Assembly: GCA_965261395.1 (NCBI GenBank)
Contig: OZ253462.1
Span: 1,568,001 to 1,632,000, forward strand
Direction: 5' to 3'
DNA length: 64,000 nt
Source: Candidatus Latescibacterota bacterium
GTDB lineage: Bacteria > Latescibacterota > UBA2968 > UBA8231
A program made the translations under genes and the position numbers. Of the stretch, positions 53,296 through 63,599 are shown piece by piece. Every line of letters begins with the position of its first letter. Position 1 is the stretch's first letter. The notes below the pieces were generated by a model. It was not told the DNA's origin. It made no database searches and was given only the letters and a program-made list of their open reading frames with translations.

Positions 53296-53342
53296 AAGTA
53301 AATCCCCGAGGCCACCACGCGCCCGCCTCTGTCGCGTCCGTC
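53238..53342 (-). pseudogene. 3' stub of a FlgD-Ig-tailed secreted protein gene
   Basis: [34 protein letters not shown]; in-frame TAA shortly upstream and no credible start. Confidence 0.7.
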
Positions 53343-53461
53343 ACACCGACGTTCCGCTCCAGGCAAAAAAACAAGCCCACTGTCGCCGGCTTATTGACTT
53401 TTTTCAAACATCCACGTTCTTTGATTTTGTTCCCCTTTTACTAACAGGAAAAGGTCTTATT

Positions 53462-53734
53462 ATGACGACGACTAACTCTAAAAAACGCAAACTTTTCAAA
53501 CTCTTAGCCCCGCAGGCGGAAAGCGTTTACCTAGCCGCCTCCTTCAACGATTGGGACCCACAGGCCCGCCCGCTAAAAAAAGACGCCGAGGGTCTGTGGA
53601 AAACTTCGGTCACTCTGCCTCTGGGTAAGCACGAATACCGCTTTGTGGTCGATGGCGAATGGCACAATGATCCGCAGTGTCTGGAGCACCTCCCCAATCC
53701 CTTCGGCACGACCAACTGCATTTTGCACACCTGA
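53462..53734 (+). CDS. glycogen-binding (CBM48/AMPK-beta-like) domain protein
   Basis: APQAESVYLAASFNDW and HEYRFVVDGEW.NDP...NPFG. Confidence 0.9.
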   Translation: MTTTNSKKRKLFKLLAPQAESVYLAASFNDWDPQARPLKKDAEGLWKTSVTLPLGKHEYRFVVDGEWHNDPQCLEHLPNPFGTTNCILHT

Positions 53735-53822
53735 TTCACCGCGCCTAAAGGCGTGACAATTCCTCTGCATCTCGACGGAAACGGCACGGGCCTCCCCTCG
53801 CCGTGCCACGCGCAGGCTTGGC

Positions 53823-54653
53823 TTATTCGCCGTCGCGAGGCCGGTATTCGCCGCGGGCGTTCCAGCCGGGATACTGCTCTTCCAAGGCGGCGAGTGTCTG
53901 GCGGGTGTAGTAGGGGTGATCGGGCGGTGGGAAGCGAAAAAGCTGGCGATCAGCGGCAGTGGGGCCGGCGATAAACTCGCAAAAGTGCGGGTCGCGGCCC
54001 ACGTGGGTGTAGTGCCCAACGCCTTCCCAATAGTGGTCGGCACGACCATAGGCGAATTTCCAGATATAGCGCTGGCCGTCGGCGCGCCGATAGTCGCTGG
54101 CGGCGTGCCACGAGTAGTTGTGGAAGATGGCTACTGAGCCGCCAGGAGCGACCATCGGCTCGGCTTTGGTCGGGTCCTGGTGCTGGCCGTCGCCGTCGGC
54201 GACGAAGAGGGTCGGGGCCTGATCCTCCTCTACATCTTCGAGGCAGAACCAGAAGTTGAGCTGGCTGTGACGACGGTCGGATGTGGTAGGCGGCAGCAGC
54301 GAGTTATTGCCATTGTCGATGTGGAACGGCCTACCCTTGCGGCCCGGATAGGAGACCAGACCCAGTCCGGGCCGGTAGTGAATTTGGTCAGTGCCGAGCC
54401 AGCGTCGGGCAAAGGCGATGGCTTCGCGATCGACGATGGCGCGGTTGAGGCATTGCTCAGGATAGGGGAAATAGTAGGAGTCGATGCGCTCGTCGGGCGG
54501 ATCGTCCGCGACTTCGTCCCAAGGCTTGAGAATGCGACGGAGGGCGGCGGCCATTGCGGCGCGTTGGGCTTCGGGGAGATAGCTGTGGACGATGACGTAG
54601 CCGCGTGTGGCAAGCGCGTTGAATACTTCGTCGTTTAGTCTTTGCTCCTGCAT
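53823..54653 (-). CDS. phytanoyl-CoA dioxygenase (PhyH)-family protein
   Basis: FHIDNGNNSL (HxD), GSVAIF...WHAAS; AAGGA RBS before ATG 54653. Confidence 0.85.
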   Translation of the reverse strand: MQEQRLNDEVFNALATRGYVIVHSYLPEAQRAAMAAALRRILKPWDEVADDPPDERIDSYYFPYPEQCLNRAIVDREAIAFARRWLGTDQIHYRPGLGLVSYPGRKGRPFHIDNGNNSLLPPTTSDRRHSQLNFWFCLEDVEEDQAPTLFVADGDGQHQDPTKAEPMVAPGGSVAIFHNYSWHAASDYRRADGQRYIWKFAYGRADHYWEGVGHYTHVGRDPHFCEFIAGPTAADRQLFRFPPPDHPYYTRQTLAALEEQYPGWNARGEYRPRDGE

Positions 54654-54664
54654 GATGGGTTCCT

Positions 54665-54979
54665 TTAGGCGACGTATCTCTGGATGCCGACGATGAGTGC
54701 GATGCTCAGGGCCGAGATCAGCGCGACACCGACGAGCGTGATGGTCAGAGTCTCGCCTATAAACAGGTAGATCCCCAAGCCCATTAGAGCGATCACCACT
54801 CCTATAAAGAAGAGCATCAGCCCCACCCAATGGGCCAACCCGTCCTTGTCGGCGACCCGGTCCGAGTTGAGACCGGAGATCAGACCGACGTGTTTCTTAA
54901 CCCCGATCAGATAGGCGATGACATAGAGCGGCAGGGCGGAAAGCAGCATGACGAGGAAGATAAATACGCCGGAGTCCAT
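54665..54979 (-). CDS. DUF3784-like small membrane protein
   Basis: Three TM segments; LISGLN...DKDGLA. Confidence 0.7.
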   Translation of the reverse strand: MDSGVFIFLVMLLSALPLYVIAYLIGVKKHVGLISGLNSDRVADKDGLAHWVGLMLFFIGVVIALMGLGIYLFIGETLTITLVGVALISALSIALIVGIQRYVA

Positions 54980-55009
54980 CTGAGATATCCTTTCATGGGT
55001 TGGGAGTCG

Positions 55010-56986
55010 TCACGACGGGAACGGCACGGGAATCTCATCGCCGTGCCACGGGAAGGCGTAGCTTGGCGCATTGCAGAAGCGGTCTAGCCCCGCTCCGACG
55101 CGAATCGCCGTTGACGGCGGCAGTTCCACCGAGAAGTACTTCCCTTCTACAGTGGTCGCCACCTCGCCATCCTTCCCTGCGGCGCGGTATTTGAGCTGCG
55201 TGAAGCGATGCTCGCCAAAGGCACCGGCCTGCACAATGAGACGGCGCGTCTCGTGCCGCGACGTGTTGACGAGCTGGATGCCGACCACAGCCGGTCCCAG
55301 TTCATCCACCAAGGCCGCCACGTCTAAGGGTAGCCCCGGACGCAGGCGATCGGCGTCAAAGTAGCGCACGGTAGCGCGCAGCAGGCCGCCGTTATAGACC
55401 GACTGCGGCGCTCCTAGCGCCACTTGGGTCAGCCCCTTGGTCAACACTGGCTGCGACGGGAGTCGATTGGTGGCGATGATCTCCAGTGGACTGCGCTCGT
55501 CGGCGCGCATGGCCTCGTAGGTATCCAAGGCCTGCTGGTACTCCGCCCGCAGGATCTGCTCCGGCCAGCTCGGATTTTTGCCGTCGTAGTACTGGAAGCG
55601 GGCGAATTCGGTATTGCCCCAATTTTTCTCGCCCAAGGCCGTGCCCACGTCGTTCCAGTCGCGCTCCACGTCCCCATCGCGCACCAAGGTTATGAGTTCG
55701 TAGTCCTCCCGGGCCATAGAGGCGTGATACAGGTGCATGATGTCCTGACCCCGCAGCGGGGTGGGTTCCAGCCAGTAGCCCCGCATCTCAATGCCGTCGC
55801 TTACGTGTAGCCCCGGCGCTGGGTTCCAGTCCCAGCCGTCCGGTCCGTAGCGCACCGGCACGAGAAACTGCCCGTCCTCCCGCTTCCTGCCGCTATCGAC
55901 TTGCAGCTTGATTTGCGAGCGCAAAAAGTCGAGGTAGCCGCTGTCGCCGGTGAGCAGTTGGGCGCATTCGACTGCGATGTTAATGCCGTGGAACATGATG
56001 TTGTAGCCTTGGTAGTGGTTCCAACCGTACTGGCCGCCCCACCACACGCCTTCGCGTCCCCCGCCGATGACGCCTTGGGCATCGACGTTGTCCGGGCAAA
56101 TACCGCCGTTTTTCTCGGTGCGCTCCATCCACGCCTCAGTGTAGTCGAGAACCCACTGTTTGTACTTGTTGTCACCCGTGTACAGATAGGCATTGGTCAC
56201 CAACGCGGTGGCCGCTAAGCTGTTGGGCGTGTCGCACTGCAAGACGAGGCGGTCGAACAGATCGACGATCTGCTTGCGCCGCGCCAGATTTTCAAACCAG
56301 CGGGTCTCCAAGTTTTTGACGATGGGATACAGACTAGCGCGCACTCCGTAGTAGTTGGCCTGCCCGCCCAGGCCGCGTCCGGCCAGCAGCATGGTGTTGG
56401 CGTATTCCGCATCTGCGTGGAGCTTGGGGCCTTGGCTCGAATGGAAGGGCGAGCGCAGGATGCGGTATTCGGGGTCCCAGTTGGGAGCTTGGGGATCCTC
56501 GCCGATGAACATGGCCGCAAAGCTCCGCGCCCGCCGCATGTTTTCCGATACCGTGGGATCGGCCACCCCAAAGTCGTAAAAGGCCATATTGCCCTCGCTC
56601 AAGTGGTGCCACTCCATGGCTTGATCGAGGTTCCAGAACTCGTTGTGGATAGACGGCCGAAAGACCTTCTTGTGATCGTTGTAGCGCGTGCGGTGCTGGA
56701 AACGCTCGTCGCTGATGCGGGTGACCGCATTCCAGTTGCGGAAGTGGAGGTCGAGCAAATCGTCGGCCGCGCCAATCGCGTAGAACAGACCAAAGTTGTA
56801 TAGCTGTTCGTAGAGATCATCCACATCCTCGGCCAACAAAGTGCCGCCGCCGCGCTCAAAGTACTGCCGGGCGAACAGGCGACCCGACTCCTCCATCAGC
56901 GCGATTAAATTTCGCTCCATCAAGGCCCATGCCGGCGGGGCCGCAACCTCGGTCGCCTCAATCTTGGTCATACTATTTGCTATCAT
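55010..56986 (-). CDS. hypothetical protein, probable alpha/alpha-barrel (658 aa)
   Basis: Long ORF with AGGAGG RBS; DDLYE, EWHH.SEG and PDNVD motifs; no confident family. Confidence 0.8.
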   Translation of the reverse strand: MIANSMTKIEATEVAAPPAWALMERNLIALMEESGRLFARQYFERGGGTLLAEDVDDLYEQLYNFGLFYAIGAADDLLDLHFRNWNAVTRISDERFQHRTRYNDHKKVFRPSIHNEFWNLDQAMEWHHLSEGNMAFYDFGVADPTVSENMRRARSFAAMFIGEDPQAPNWDPEYRILRSPFHSSQGPKLHADAEYANTMLLAGRGLGGQANYYGVRASLYPIVKNLETRWFENLARRKQIVDLFDRLVLQCDTPNSLAATALVTNAYLYTGDNKYKQWVLDYTEAWMERTEKNGGICPDNVDAQGVIGGGREGVWWGGQYGWNHYQGYNIMFHGINIAVECAQLLTGDSGYLDFLRSQIKLQVDSGRKREDGQFLVPVRYGPDGWDWNPAPGLHVSDGIEMRGYWLEPTPLRGQDIMHLYHASMAREDYELITLVRDGDVERDWNDVGTALGEKNWGNTEFARFQYYDGKNPSWPEQILRAEYQQALDTYEAMRADERSPLEIIATNRLPSQPVLTKGLTQVALGAPQSVYNGGLLRATVRYFDADRLRPGLPLDVAALVDELGPAVVGIQLVNTSRHETRRLIVQAGAFGEHRFTQLKYRAAGKDGEVATTVEGKYFSVELPPSTAIRVGAGLDRFCNAPSYAFPWHGDEIPVPFPS

Positions 56987-57126
56987 CGCCCACTACCTCC
57001 TATGCGCGAGAAAGGGTCGGACGTAATTCTAGGCGGCAGCCCATGCGCAGGCAAGCGGTTCGTTTTCAGCCGCTAGCGCGTTGGTCCGCTTGGCCGCTCC
57101 AGATGCATCCTTTACCTTAAAACTCC

Positions 57127-57912
57127 ATGAACAGTAAAGACTATTTACACGCCCTCTTCGGCTGCCAAGGCCGCAAAGCCATCGTCACAGGTGCCTCCAG
57201 CGGCTTAGGAGCCGAAATGGCCCGCGTCCTTGTCTCGGCGGGTGCCGACGTCCTCGCCGTCGCCCGCCGCCAAGAGCGCCTCGAAGCACTGGCCAACGAA
57301 TTACAAGACCGCGCCGGAACCATCCATCCACACTCGGCTGACCTAAGCGACAGCACCGCCATCGCCTCCCTACCCGAGCAGGCGCGCGAGCAACTCGGCG
57401 GCTGCGATATCTTGGTTGCCAATGCCGGCACAGCCACCCGCGTCCGCCTCGAAGATATGGCCGAGCAAGACTTTGCCAGCGTCGTCGATTTCAATCTCAA
57501 AGCCCAGTGGCTACTCGCCAAAGCCTGCTTTCCCTTGCTCTGCCAATCGGCAGCCGGCCGCATCGTCAATATCGCCTCGATCTATGGCTTGGGAGCCTCG
57601 GTAATCAACGGCCTGAGTGCCTACACCGTCAGCAAACACGGGCTCGTGGGGCTGACGCGCTCGCAGGCGGTGGAATGGAGCAGACATGGCATCACCGCAA
57701 ACGCCATCGCCCCCAGCTATTTCCCCACCGAAATGACCGAGACCGCCCTCGATGACGAGAAGATGAGTTCCCGCCTGCGTGCCTTTACTCCGCAAGGGCG
57801 CTTTGGTCAGCCCGCAGAGTTGGCGACCACCCTGCTCTTTTTGTGCTCAAAGGCCAGTGGCTACGTCAATGGGGTCGTCGTACCAGTGGACGGCGGCTGG
57901 ACGGCGTGGTGA
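57127..57912 (+). CDS. SDR-family oxidoreductase
   Basis: TGASSGLG, NAG, YTVSK and VDGG motifs. Confidence 0.93.
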   Translation: MNSKDYLHALFGCQGRKAIVTGASSGLGAEMARVLVSAGADVLAVARRQERLEALANELQDRAGTIHPHSADLSDSTAIASLPEQAREQLGGCDILVANAGTATRVRLEDMAEQDFASVVDFNLKAQWLLAKACFPLLCQSAAGRIVNIASIYGLGASVINGLSAYTVSKHGLVGLTRSQAVEWSRHGITANAIAPSYFPTEMTETALDDEKMSSRLRAFTPQGRFGQPAELATTLLFLCSKASGYVNGVVVPVDGGWTAW

Positions 57913-57939
57913 CCGATCCATCCGCTAGGAATTGACACT

Positions 57940-58923
57940 ATGAAAAAGCGAATCCTCGGCCGCACGGGCCTAGCCGTGAGTGAGCTGTCGCTCGGCGGGC
58001 TTTTCGTCTCGTCCCTTGGTGCGGCCTTCGAGCAGAGCAAGCAGGCCGTGATGCGGGCCCTCGAATTGGGGGTCAATTACATCGATACCGCGCCGACCTA
58101 TTTCGACAGCGAAGAGGTCTTGGGCAAGGCATTAGAAGGCGTGGAAACGCCCTTTTACCTTTCGACCAAGATTGGGGGACGCCTTACCCCCTTCCTGCCG
58201 CAGGACCCCGCCTGCTTGCGGCGCTCGGTGGAGGAAAGCCTAGAGCGCCTCAAGCGCGACCGCGTCGATATCCTGATGGTCCACGAGCCAGACCGGCCGC
58301 GGATGTACGATTGGTGGACCGGCGAAGAATACAATGGCCCGGTGTTAGAAGTTCTAGACGAACTCAAGAAGGAGGGTCTCGTCGATTACATCGGTCTAGG
58401 ATCGACCACGGCTTACCACATCGAGCCTATTATCCGCACGGGCCGCTTCGACATCCTGCTTACGGCCCTCAACTACAGCTTGCTCTGGCGCGAGGCCGCA
58501 CACTGCGCCTTGCCAGCGGCGCACGAACACAACATGGGAATCGTCATCGGCTCGCCGCTACAAATGGGTGCCCTTTCCCCAGCCCACGAGGAAGAAGTAC
58601 GGCGGGGGGTACTATGGCTGAGCCAGCCGCGCCAGCAGCAGTTTTGCGCTCTCTACGACTTTGCCCGCGAAATCGGCATCTCCCTGCCCGAGCTAAGCCT
58701 GCGCTTCGTGCTCTCCGACTCGCGCGTCTCCTGCGCCCTGATGGGGGCCCGCTCGCAGGCGGAGGTTGAAGAGAACGCCGCCGCGGTCGCCGATGGCCCC
58801 TTGAGCAGCGAAGTACTCGCCCGGCTCGACCAGATCGCCGCTATGGTGCCCTTCCGACCTTGCGAAGAACCCTTCGTCCTGCCGCTAGGCCGGGCGTACT
58901 CTGGACTAGGACAGGCCCGCTAG
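57940..58923 (+). CDS. aldo/keto reductase
   Basis: LGRTGLAVSELSLG, IDTAPTY and SLERLKRDRVDILMVH. Confidence 0.93.
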   Translation: MKKRILGRTGLAVSELSLGGLFVSSLGAAFEQSKQAVMRALELGVNYIDTAPTYFDSEEVLGKALEGVETPFYLSTKIGGRLTPFLPQDPACLRRSVEESLERLKRDRVDILMVHEPDRPRMYDWWTGEEYNGPVLEVLDELKKEGLVDYIGLGSTTAYHIEPIIRTGRFDILLTALNYSLLWREAAHCALPAAHEHNMGIVIGSPLQMGALSPAHEEEVRRGVLWLSQPRQQQFCALYDFAREIGISLPELSLRFVLSDSRVSCALMGARSQAEVEENAAAVADGPLSSEVLARLDQIAAMVPFRPCEEPFVLPLGRAYSGLGQAR

Positions 58924-58934
58924 CAGACAGTTTC

Positions 58935-59651
58935 TCAGACCGGCGGCGCTTCCAGAAAAACGCGTACCCCCATATCGGCATAGCGCGACCGGCTCTCGGC
59001 CGTGCCATTGCGGAAACAGACTGCGGTATCCGTGCCCTGCAAGGCTTCGACCACGTGGCGCACGCAATCGTCAACGCTTTTGAACTGGGGATGGCCTCGG
59101 TGATTTAGGTCCATTTGCAGGTCGGTAGGCCCAAAAGAGAGGCAATCAACCCCGGGGGGCGCCAAGTTGAATGCACTAGTCGCGGCCGCCACGGATTCGA
59201 CTTGCAGCCACAGCACCCCGTACTGGTTCCACCAATCCGCATACGCCTGGGGGCCGCTGCTCGTATCGCCGATGCGGGCACCGCCGCCGTGGCTGCGCAC
59301 CCCTTGCGGCAAATAATAAAAATTGGCCACGGCCTCTTCAGCGGTCGCCACGGTCTCTACCTGGGGCACTTCGATCCCCGAAGGCCCCAAGTCCAAGCAG
59401 TTGCCGATTAGGTAGGTGTGACGGGTGTGCTTGATGCGAAAGTGCAGCGGCAAGTCGAACTCCCGGACCACACCCGATAAAGCGACCAAGCGGTCTTCGC
59501 TATAGGGCGAGTGCTGGCTATCGACAAAGACAAAATCGCACGCGCCCAACTCGGCGATTCGCTTGAATGCGTCGCGCTCGATATCGCCGCGGATGCCAAA
59601 CCCCACCACCATTTCGCCCCGCTTGATCTTCTGCTTCAAGTTCGCTGCCAT
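58935..59651 (-). CDS. HpcH/HpaI aldolase-family protein
   Basis: DFVFVDSQH, LDLGPSGIEVPQVE, QVES and FGPTDL. Confidence 0.88.
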   Translation of the reverse strand: MAANLKQKIKRGEMVVGFGIRGDIERDAFKRIAELGACDFVFVDSQHSPYSEDRLVALSGVVREFDLPLHFRIKHTRHTYLIGNCLDLGPSGIEVPQVETVATAEEAVANFYYLPQGVRSHGGGARIGDTSSGPQAYADWWNQYGVLWLQVESVAAATSAFNLAPPGVDCLSFGPTDLQMDLNHRGHPQFKSVDDCVRHVVEALQGTDTAVCFRNGTAESRSRYADMGVRVFLEAPPV

Positions 59652-59687
59652 GCTAGTATCTCCTTTAAGAGAGTGCCAACGCCTCGG

Positions 59688-60572
59688 TTAGGTGTACAGC
59701 CCGAATATGCTAGCCGCCAACCAGAGCAGGGTGTTGATCTGCAAAGGCCGATCACTCCAGACGACTGCCGTCGGGTCGCCCCCTTGCCCCCGGTGGTACA
59801 CTAGATAGAGATAGCGCAACACGCCGTAGAGCACAAAAGGGATCGTCCACTGCAGTCGCGCGTCTTCTGCATCGCCCACCCCCATCGCGTACAGCACGTA
59901 GCAGACCATGGTCACGGCAGTGAGCACGGCAATCATTTGATCGAGAAAAGGCACGCTGTATTCTTCGAGGATGGCGCGGTGATCCGCGGCCGCATCCGCC
60001 AGTTGCACGATCTCCTGTCGGCGCTTGACTACAACCACGAAGAGCACGAGTGCGAAGATACAGACGATAAACCAAGTGGAAATAGATACCTCGATGACTA
60101 GACCGCCGCCAACGGCGCGCAGCAGGTAACACGCGGCCACGATCAGCACATCCACCAATACCACGTGTTTGAGCCGGAGAGAGTACGCCGCGTTGAGCAC
60201 CGCATAGAGCGCGGCCACCCACCCCAAATGAGGGTGCAGCCAGAACGCGCAGGCCAACGCAAGGGCTAACGCGCCCAAAGCCGCCCCCCATGCCACCGCG
60301 ACGGATAGGTGGCCGGCGGCAATCGGCCGGTGGCACTTCTCGGGATGCAGGCGGTCGTACTGGCGGTCGAAGATGTCGTTGAACAAATAGACGCCCCCGC
60401 TCAGCAGGACGAAGCAGAGGGCTGCCCCCAAGCTGCGTACTAGGTAGGGAATTTCAAAGAGATGTTCGGAAAATACGAGGGCAGGTAAGACGAAGACATT
60501 CTTGATCCACTGCCGGGGACGCATGGACCACAGGATGTAGTAGAGCGACAAAACGGGGCTATGCTTTGGCAC
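59688..60572 (-). CDS. UbiA-family decaprenyl-phosphate phosphoribosyltransferase-like protein
   Basis: RPRQWIKN, YLFNDIFD...DRLHPEK..RPIAAG and KRRQE. Confidence 0.9.
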   Translation of the reverse strand: MPKHSPVLSLYYILWSMRPRQWIKNVFVLPALVFSEHLFEIPYLVRSLGAALCFVLLSGGVYLFNDIFDRQYDRLHPEKCHRPIAAGHLSVAVAWGAALGALALALACAFWLHPHLGWVAALYAVLNAAYSLRLKHVVLVDVLIVAACYLLRAVGGGLVIEVSISTWFIVCIFALVLFVVVVKRRQEIVQLADAAADHRAILEEYSVPFLDQMIAVLTAVTMVCYVLYAMGVGDAEDARLQWTIPFVLYGVLRYLYLVYHRGQGGDPTAVVWSDRPLQINTLLWLAASIFGLYT

Positions 60573-60592
60573 AACCGGAGAGCAGAGGCCGC

Positions 60593-61153
60593 TTAGACCT
60601 CCATGATCTCCTTTTCCTTATTCTCGATGATCACGTCAATGGAGGCTACGTATTCAGCGGTCAACTCCTGCACCCTTTTCTGCGCGCTACGCGACTCGTC
60701 TTCAGAGATGTCCCCGTCCTTTTGGGCTTCCAAGAGCAGGTCTATCCCGTCGCGCCGCGCATGTCGCACTGCCACCCGCCCCTCCTCGGCTCGGTGCCGG
60801 GCGACTTTGGTGATTTCCACCCGCCGCTCCTCGGTCAGTTCGGGGATGGGCAGCCGGATGAGGGTGCCGTCGTTGGCCGGATTAAGGCCCAAGTTCTTGT
60901 CGGCGAGGATGGCCCTTTCAATCACGGGAATCAGGGCGGCCTCCCAGGGCTTGATCGCCAACAAGCGCGGCTCGGGGACGCTGATCGTCGCCACCTGGTT
61001 GAGCGACGTCTGTTGGCCGTAGTAATCCACCCGCACGTTGTCGAGCATGGCGGCCGAGGCCCGCCCCGTGCGGATAGATGATAAGTCGCGGCGCAGAGAC
61101 TCAATGGCCTTATCCATGCTCTCTTTTACTTCTTCAATGATCTCTTCCAACAT
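60593..61153 (-). CDS. frr: ribosome recycling factor
   Basis: IRTGRAS, VDYYG and PELTEERR. Confidence 0.97.
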   Translation of the reverse strand: MLEEIIEEVKESMDKAIESLRRDLSSIRTGRASAAMLDNVRVDYYGQQTSLNQVATISVPEPRLLAIKPWEAALIPVIERAILADKNLGLNPANDGTLIRLPIPELTEERRVEITKVARHRAEEGRVAVRHARRDGIDLLLEAQKDGDISEDESRSAQKRVQELTAEYVASIDVIIENKEKEIMEV

Positions 61154-61171
61154 GGCGGCCTCAACGTGTTT

Positions 61172-61774
61172 TCAGGCGTCTTCTCCCAAGACAAACCGCT
61201 CAAAGCGCCGCACGGTAATCTTCTCGCCGATTTTGGCGGTTATCTCGGTGACTAATTCGCCAATGGTCTGGTCGGGATTCTTGACGAAGATCTGTTCCAT
61301 CAGACAATTTTCCTGATAGAACTTCTCCATGCGGCCCTCGACGATTTTTTCGGCAATGTGCTCGGGCTTGCCCTCGTTTTTGGCCTGTTCGAGGTAGATG
61401 GTCCGCTCCCTTTCCACGGCGTCGGCGAGAACGCCCTCCCGGTCGACCGCCAAAGGCTGGGAGGCGGCAATGTGCATAGCCACGTCCTTGGCAAAGGCCT
61501 GGAACTCGTCGGTGCGGGCGACGAAGTCGGTTTCGCAGTTGACCTCTAGCAACACGCCGAGGCGGCTGCCCTGGTGAATATACGCTTGGATCAGCCCCTC
61601 ACTGGCGTCGCGACCGGCCCGCTTTTCCACTGCGGACAGGCCCTGCTTGCGCAAGTATTCAATAGCCTTTTCACTATCGCCACCGGTCTCTTGTAGGGCC
61701 TTCTTGCAATCCATCATACCCAAGCCCGTCTTCTGCCGGAGCATCCTTACGCTTTGTGCGGTAATCTGAGTCAT
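61172..61774 (-). CDS. tsf: elongation factor Ts (short form)
   Basis: LRQKTGLGMMDCKKAL and EVNCETDFVA. Confidence 0.97.
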   Translation of the reverse strand: MTQITAQSVRMLRQKTGLGMMDCKKALQETGGDSEKAIEYLRKQGLSAVEKRAGRDASEGLIQAYIHQGSRLGVLLEVNCETDFVARTDEFQAFAKDVAMHIAASQPLAVDREGVLADAVERERTIYLEQAKNEGKPEHIAEKIVEGRMEKFYQENCLMEQIFVKNPDQTIGELVTEITAKIGEKITVRRFERFVLGEDA

Positions 61775-61805
61775 CGTCGTTTACTCTCAAAAATAGTTGA
61801 TCTGT

Positions 61806-62564
61806 CTATGAGGTGGCCTCGGCTACAGCCGGAACCTCTTCGGTCTCTTGCTTGTCGTCGCGGGCCACCTTCTCGGCCTCGGCCTCGGCTTTGCCCTCAA
61901 TCACCGTGTCGGCGATGAGGCGCGTGATAAGGCCGATCGAACGAATGGCATCGTCATTGCCGGGGATTGGATAGGTCACCAAATCGGGATCGCAATTGGT
62001 ATCGACGATAGCCACCGAGGGAACGCCTAGCTTGGCCGCCTCGCGCACGGCGATGTGCTCCTTCTTAATGTCTATGATAAAGACCAAGCCAGGCAGGCCA
62101 CCCATGTTGCGGATGCCAGCTAAGGTTCGCTGGAGCCGGGCGCGCGCTTTTTCGAGCAGCAGGACCTCTTTTTTCTTCAGATTCTCGTAGGTCCCATCGG
62201 TCGAGATACGGTCGAGATGCTCTAGGTGCCGGATGCTCTGGCGGATGGTCTGCCAGTTGGTCAACATCCCGCCGAGCCAGCGCTCGGTGACGTAAAACAT
62301 GCCACAGCGCTCGGCTTCCTGCCGCACGAGATCAGCGGCCTGTTTCTTCGTCCCGATAAAGAACACGGCGCGCCCAGCGCGGACCGTCTGGCGTACGGCC
62401 TCGCAAGCGGCTTCGACCTTGCCGACCGTCTTTTGCAAGTCGATGATGTGGATGCCGTTGCGCTCGGTGAAAATGTAGGGCCGCATTTTGGGGTTCCAAC
62501 GCCGGGTCTGGTGCCCGAAATGGGTCCCAGCTTCCAGCAAATCGCGAATAGTGAAGTCAGCCAT
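61806..62564 (-). CDS. rpsB: 30S ribosomal protein S2
   Basis: LEAGTHFGHQTRRWNPKM and PGNDDAIRS. Confidence 0.98.
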   Translation of the reverse strand: MADFTIRDLLEAGTHFGHQTRRWNPKMRPYIFTERNGIHIIDLQKTVGKVEAACEAVRQTVRAGRAVFFIGTKKQAADLVRQEAERCGMFYVTERWLGGMLTNWQTIRQSIRHLEHLDRISTDGTYENLKKKEVLLLEKARARLQRTLAGIRNMGGLPGLVFIIDIKKEHIAVREAAKLGVPSVAIVDTNCDPDLVTYPIPGNDDAIRSIGLITRLIADTVIEGKAEAEAEKVARDDKQETEEVPAVAEATS

Positions 62565-62574
62565 GATCGCTCCT

Positions 62575-62680
62575 AAGAGTTAGTTGGACCTCCGTCTCCC
62601 TCATTTACACACAGAAGCCCCGCGGACGCCGAACGCCCACGGGACACTCTCTGCCGTGCATCGGGAAGCGTGTGTATTGG
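62575..62680 (-). promoter_or_regulatory. rpsB leader (t44/S2-regulated structure)
   Basis: On the minus strand, CACAC...GTGTG pairing followed by GGAGG in the rpsI-rpsB gap. Confidence 0.55.
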
Positions 62681-62687
62681 AATGGGA

Positions 62688-63080
62688 CTAGCGCTTGGAG
62701 AATTGGAAGCGCTTGCGCGCGCCGGCCAATCCGTACTTCTTGCGCTCTTTCTCGCGGGCATCGCGCGTCAGAAAGCCGCCTTTCTTCAACACTTCCCGCT
62801 TTTGCGGGTCGTACTGCAGCAAGGCACGGGCAATGCCCAAACTCGCGGCACCGGCTTGGCCGCGCAGGCCGCCGCCACGGGTGGAAATATGGATGTCGAA
62901 GGTGTTCCGAGTCTCGGTCAGCTCCAGAGGCTGCACGAGGATCATCTCTAGGGAGTCTCGGCGCAGGTATTCGTCGACAGCGCGACCGTTCACGTAAATA
63001 CTGCCATTGCCGAGATGCAGGCGCACTCGGGCTACGGAGGTCTTTCTACGGCCGGTCGCTTCGTAGTTTTCTGCGGGCAT
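62688..63080 (-). CDS. rpsI: 30S ribosomal protein S9
   Basis: [11 protein letters not shown] and [19 protein letters not shown]. Confidence 0.98.
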   Translation of the reverse strand: MPAENYEATGRRKTSVARVRLHLGNGSIYVNGRAVDEYLRRDSLEMILVQPLELTETRNTFDIHISTRGGGLRGQAGAASLGIARALLQYDPQKREVLKKGGFLTRDAREKERKKYGLAGARKRFQFSKR

Positions 63081-63097
63081 GGACGCGTGCCTTTGGC

Positions 63098-63532
63098 TTA
63101 AAGTTCGAGAGTCTGGGGGGTTTGCGCTTGGTGCCGGTGTTCGCCGCCGACATAGACGCGGAGCTTCTTGAGTTGCATCCGGCCCAACTTGGTGTGGGGC
63201 AGCATGCCCCGCACGGCCTTGCGGATGATCCGGTCGGGATGCCGCTCGGCCATGCGGCTATAGGGAGTGACCCGCAAGCCACCTGGATAGCCGGTGTGGT
63301 GATAATAGACCTTCTTTTCGGCCTTGTTGCCCGTGACCCGCACCTTGTCGGCATGAATCACGATGACGTGGTCGCCCACATCGGCATGCGGGGCGTATTC
63401 GGGCTTGCCCTTGCCGCGCAGCACTTGGGCGATTTCCGAAGCTAGCCGCCCTAGCACTTTGTCCGTGGCATCAACCACGAACCACTGCCGCTTGATTTCG
63501 CCCGCCTTAGGGGCGTAGGTAATGTCGTTCAT
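63098..63532 (-). CDS. rplM: 50S ribosomal protein L13
   Basis: [14 protein letters not shown] and HTGYPGG. Confidence 0.98.
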   Translation of the reverse strand: MNDITYAPKAGEIKRQWFVVDATDKVLGRLASEIAQVLRGKGKPEYAPHADVGDHVIVIHADKVRVTGNKAEKKVYYHHTGYPGGLRVTPYSRMAERHPDRIIRKAVRGMLPHTKLGRMQLKKLRVYVGGEHRHQAQTPQTLEL

Positions 63533-63599
63533 CGTCTTTTCTCGGATTAATTTTCTTAAATATAGAAATGGATTAAGCTAAGCCCTCTATTCGTGCTTG

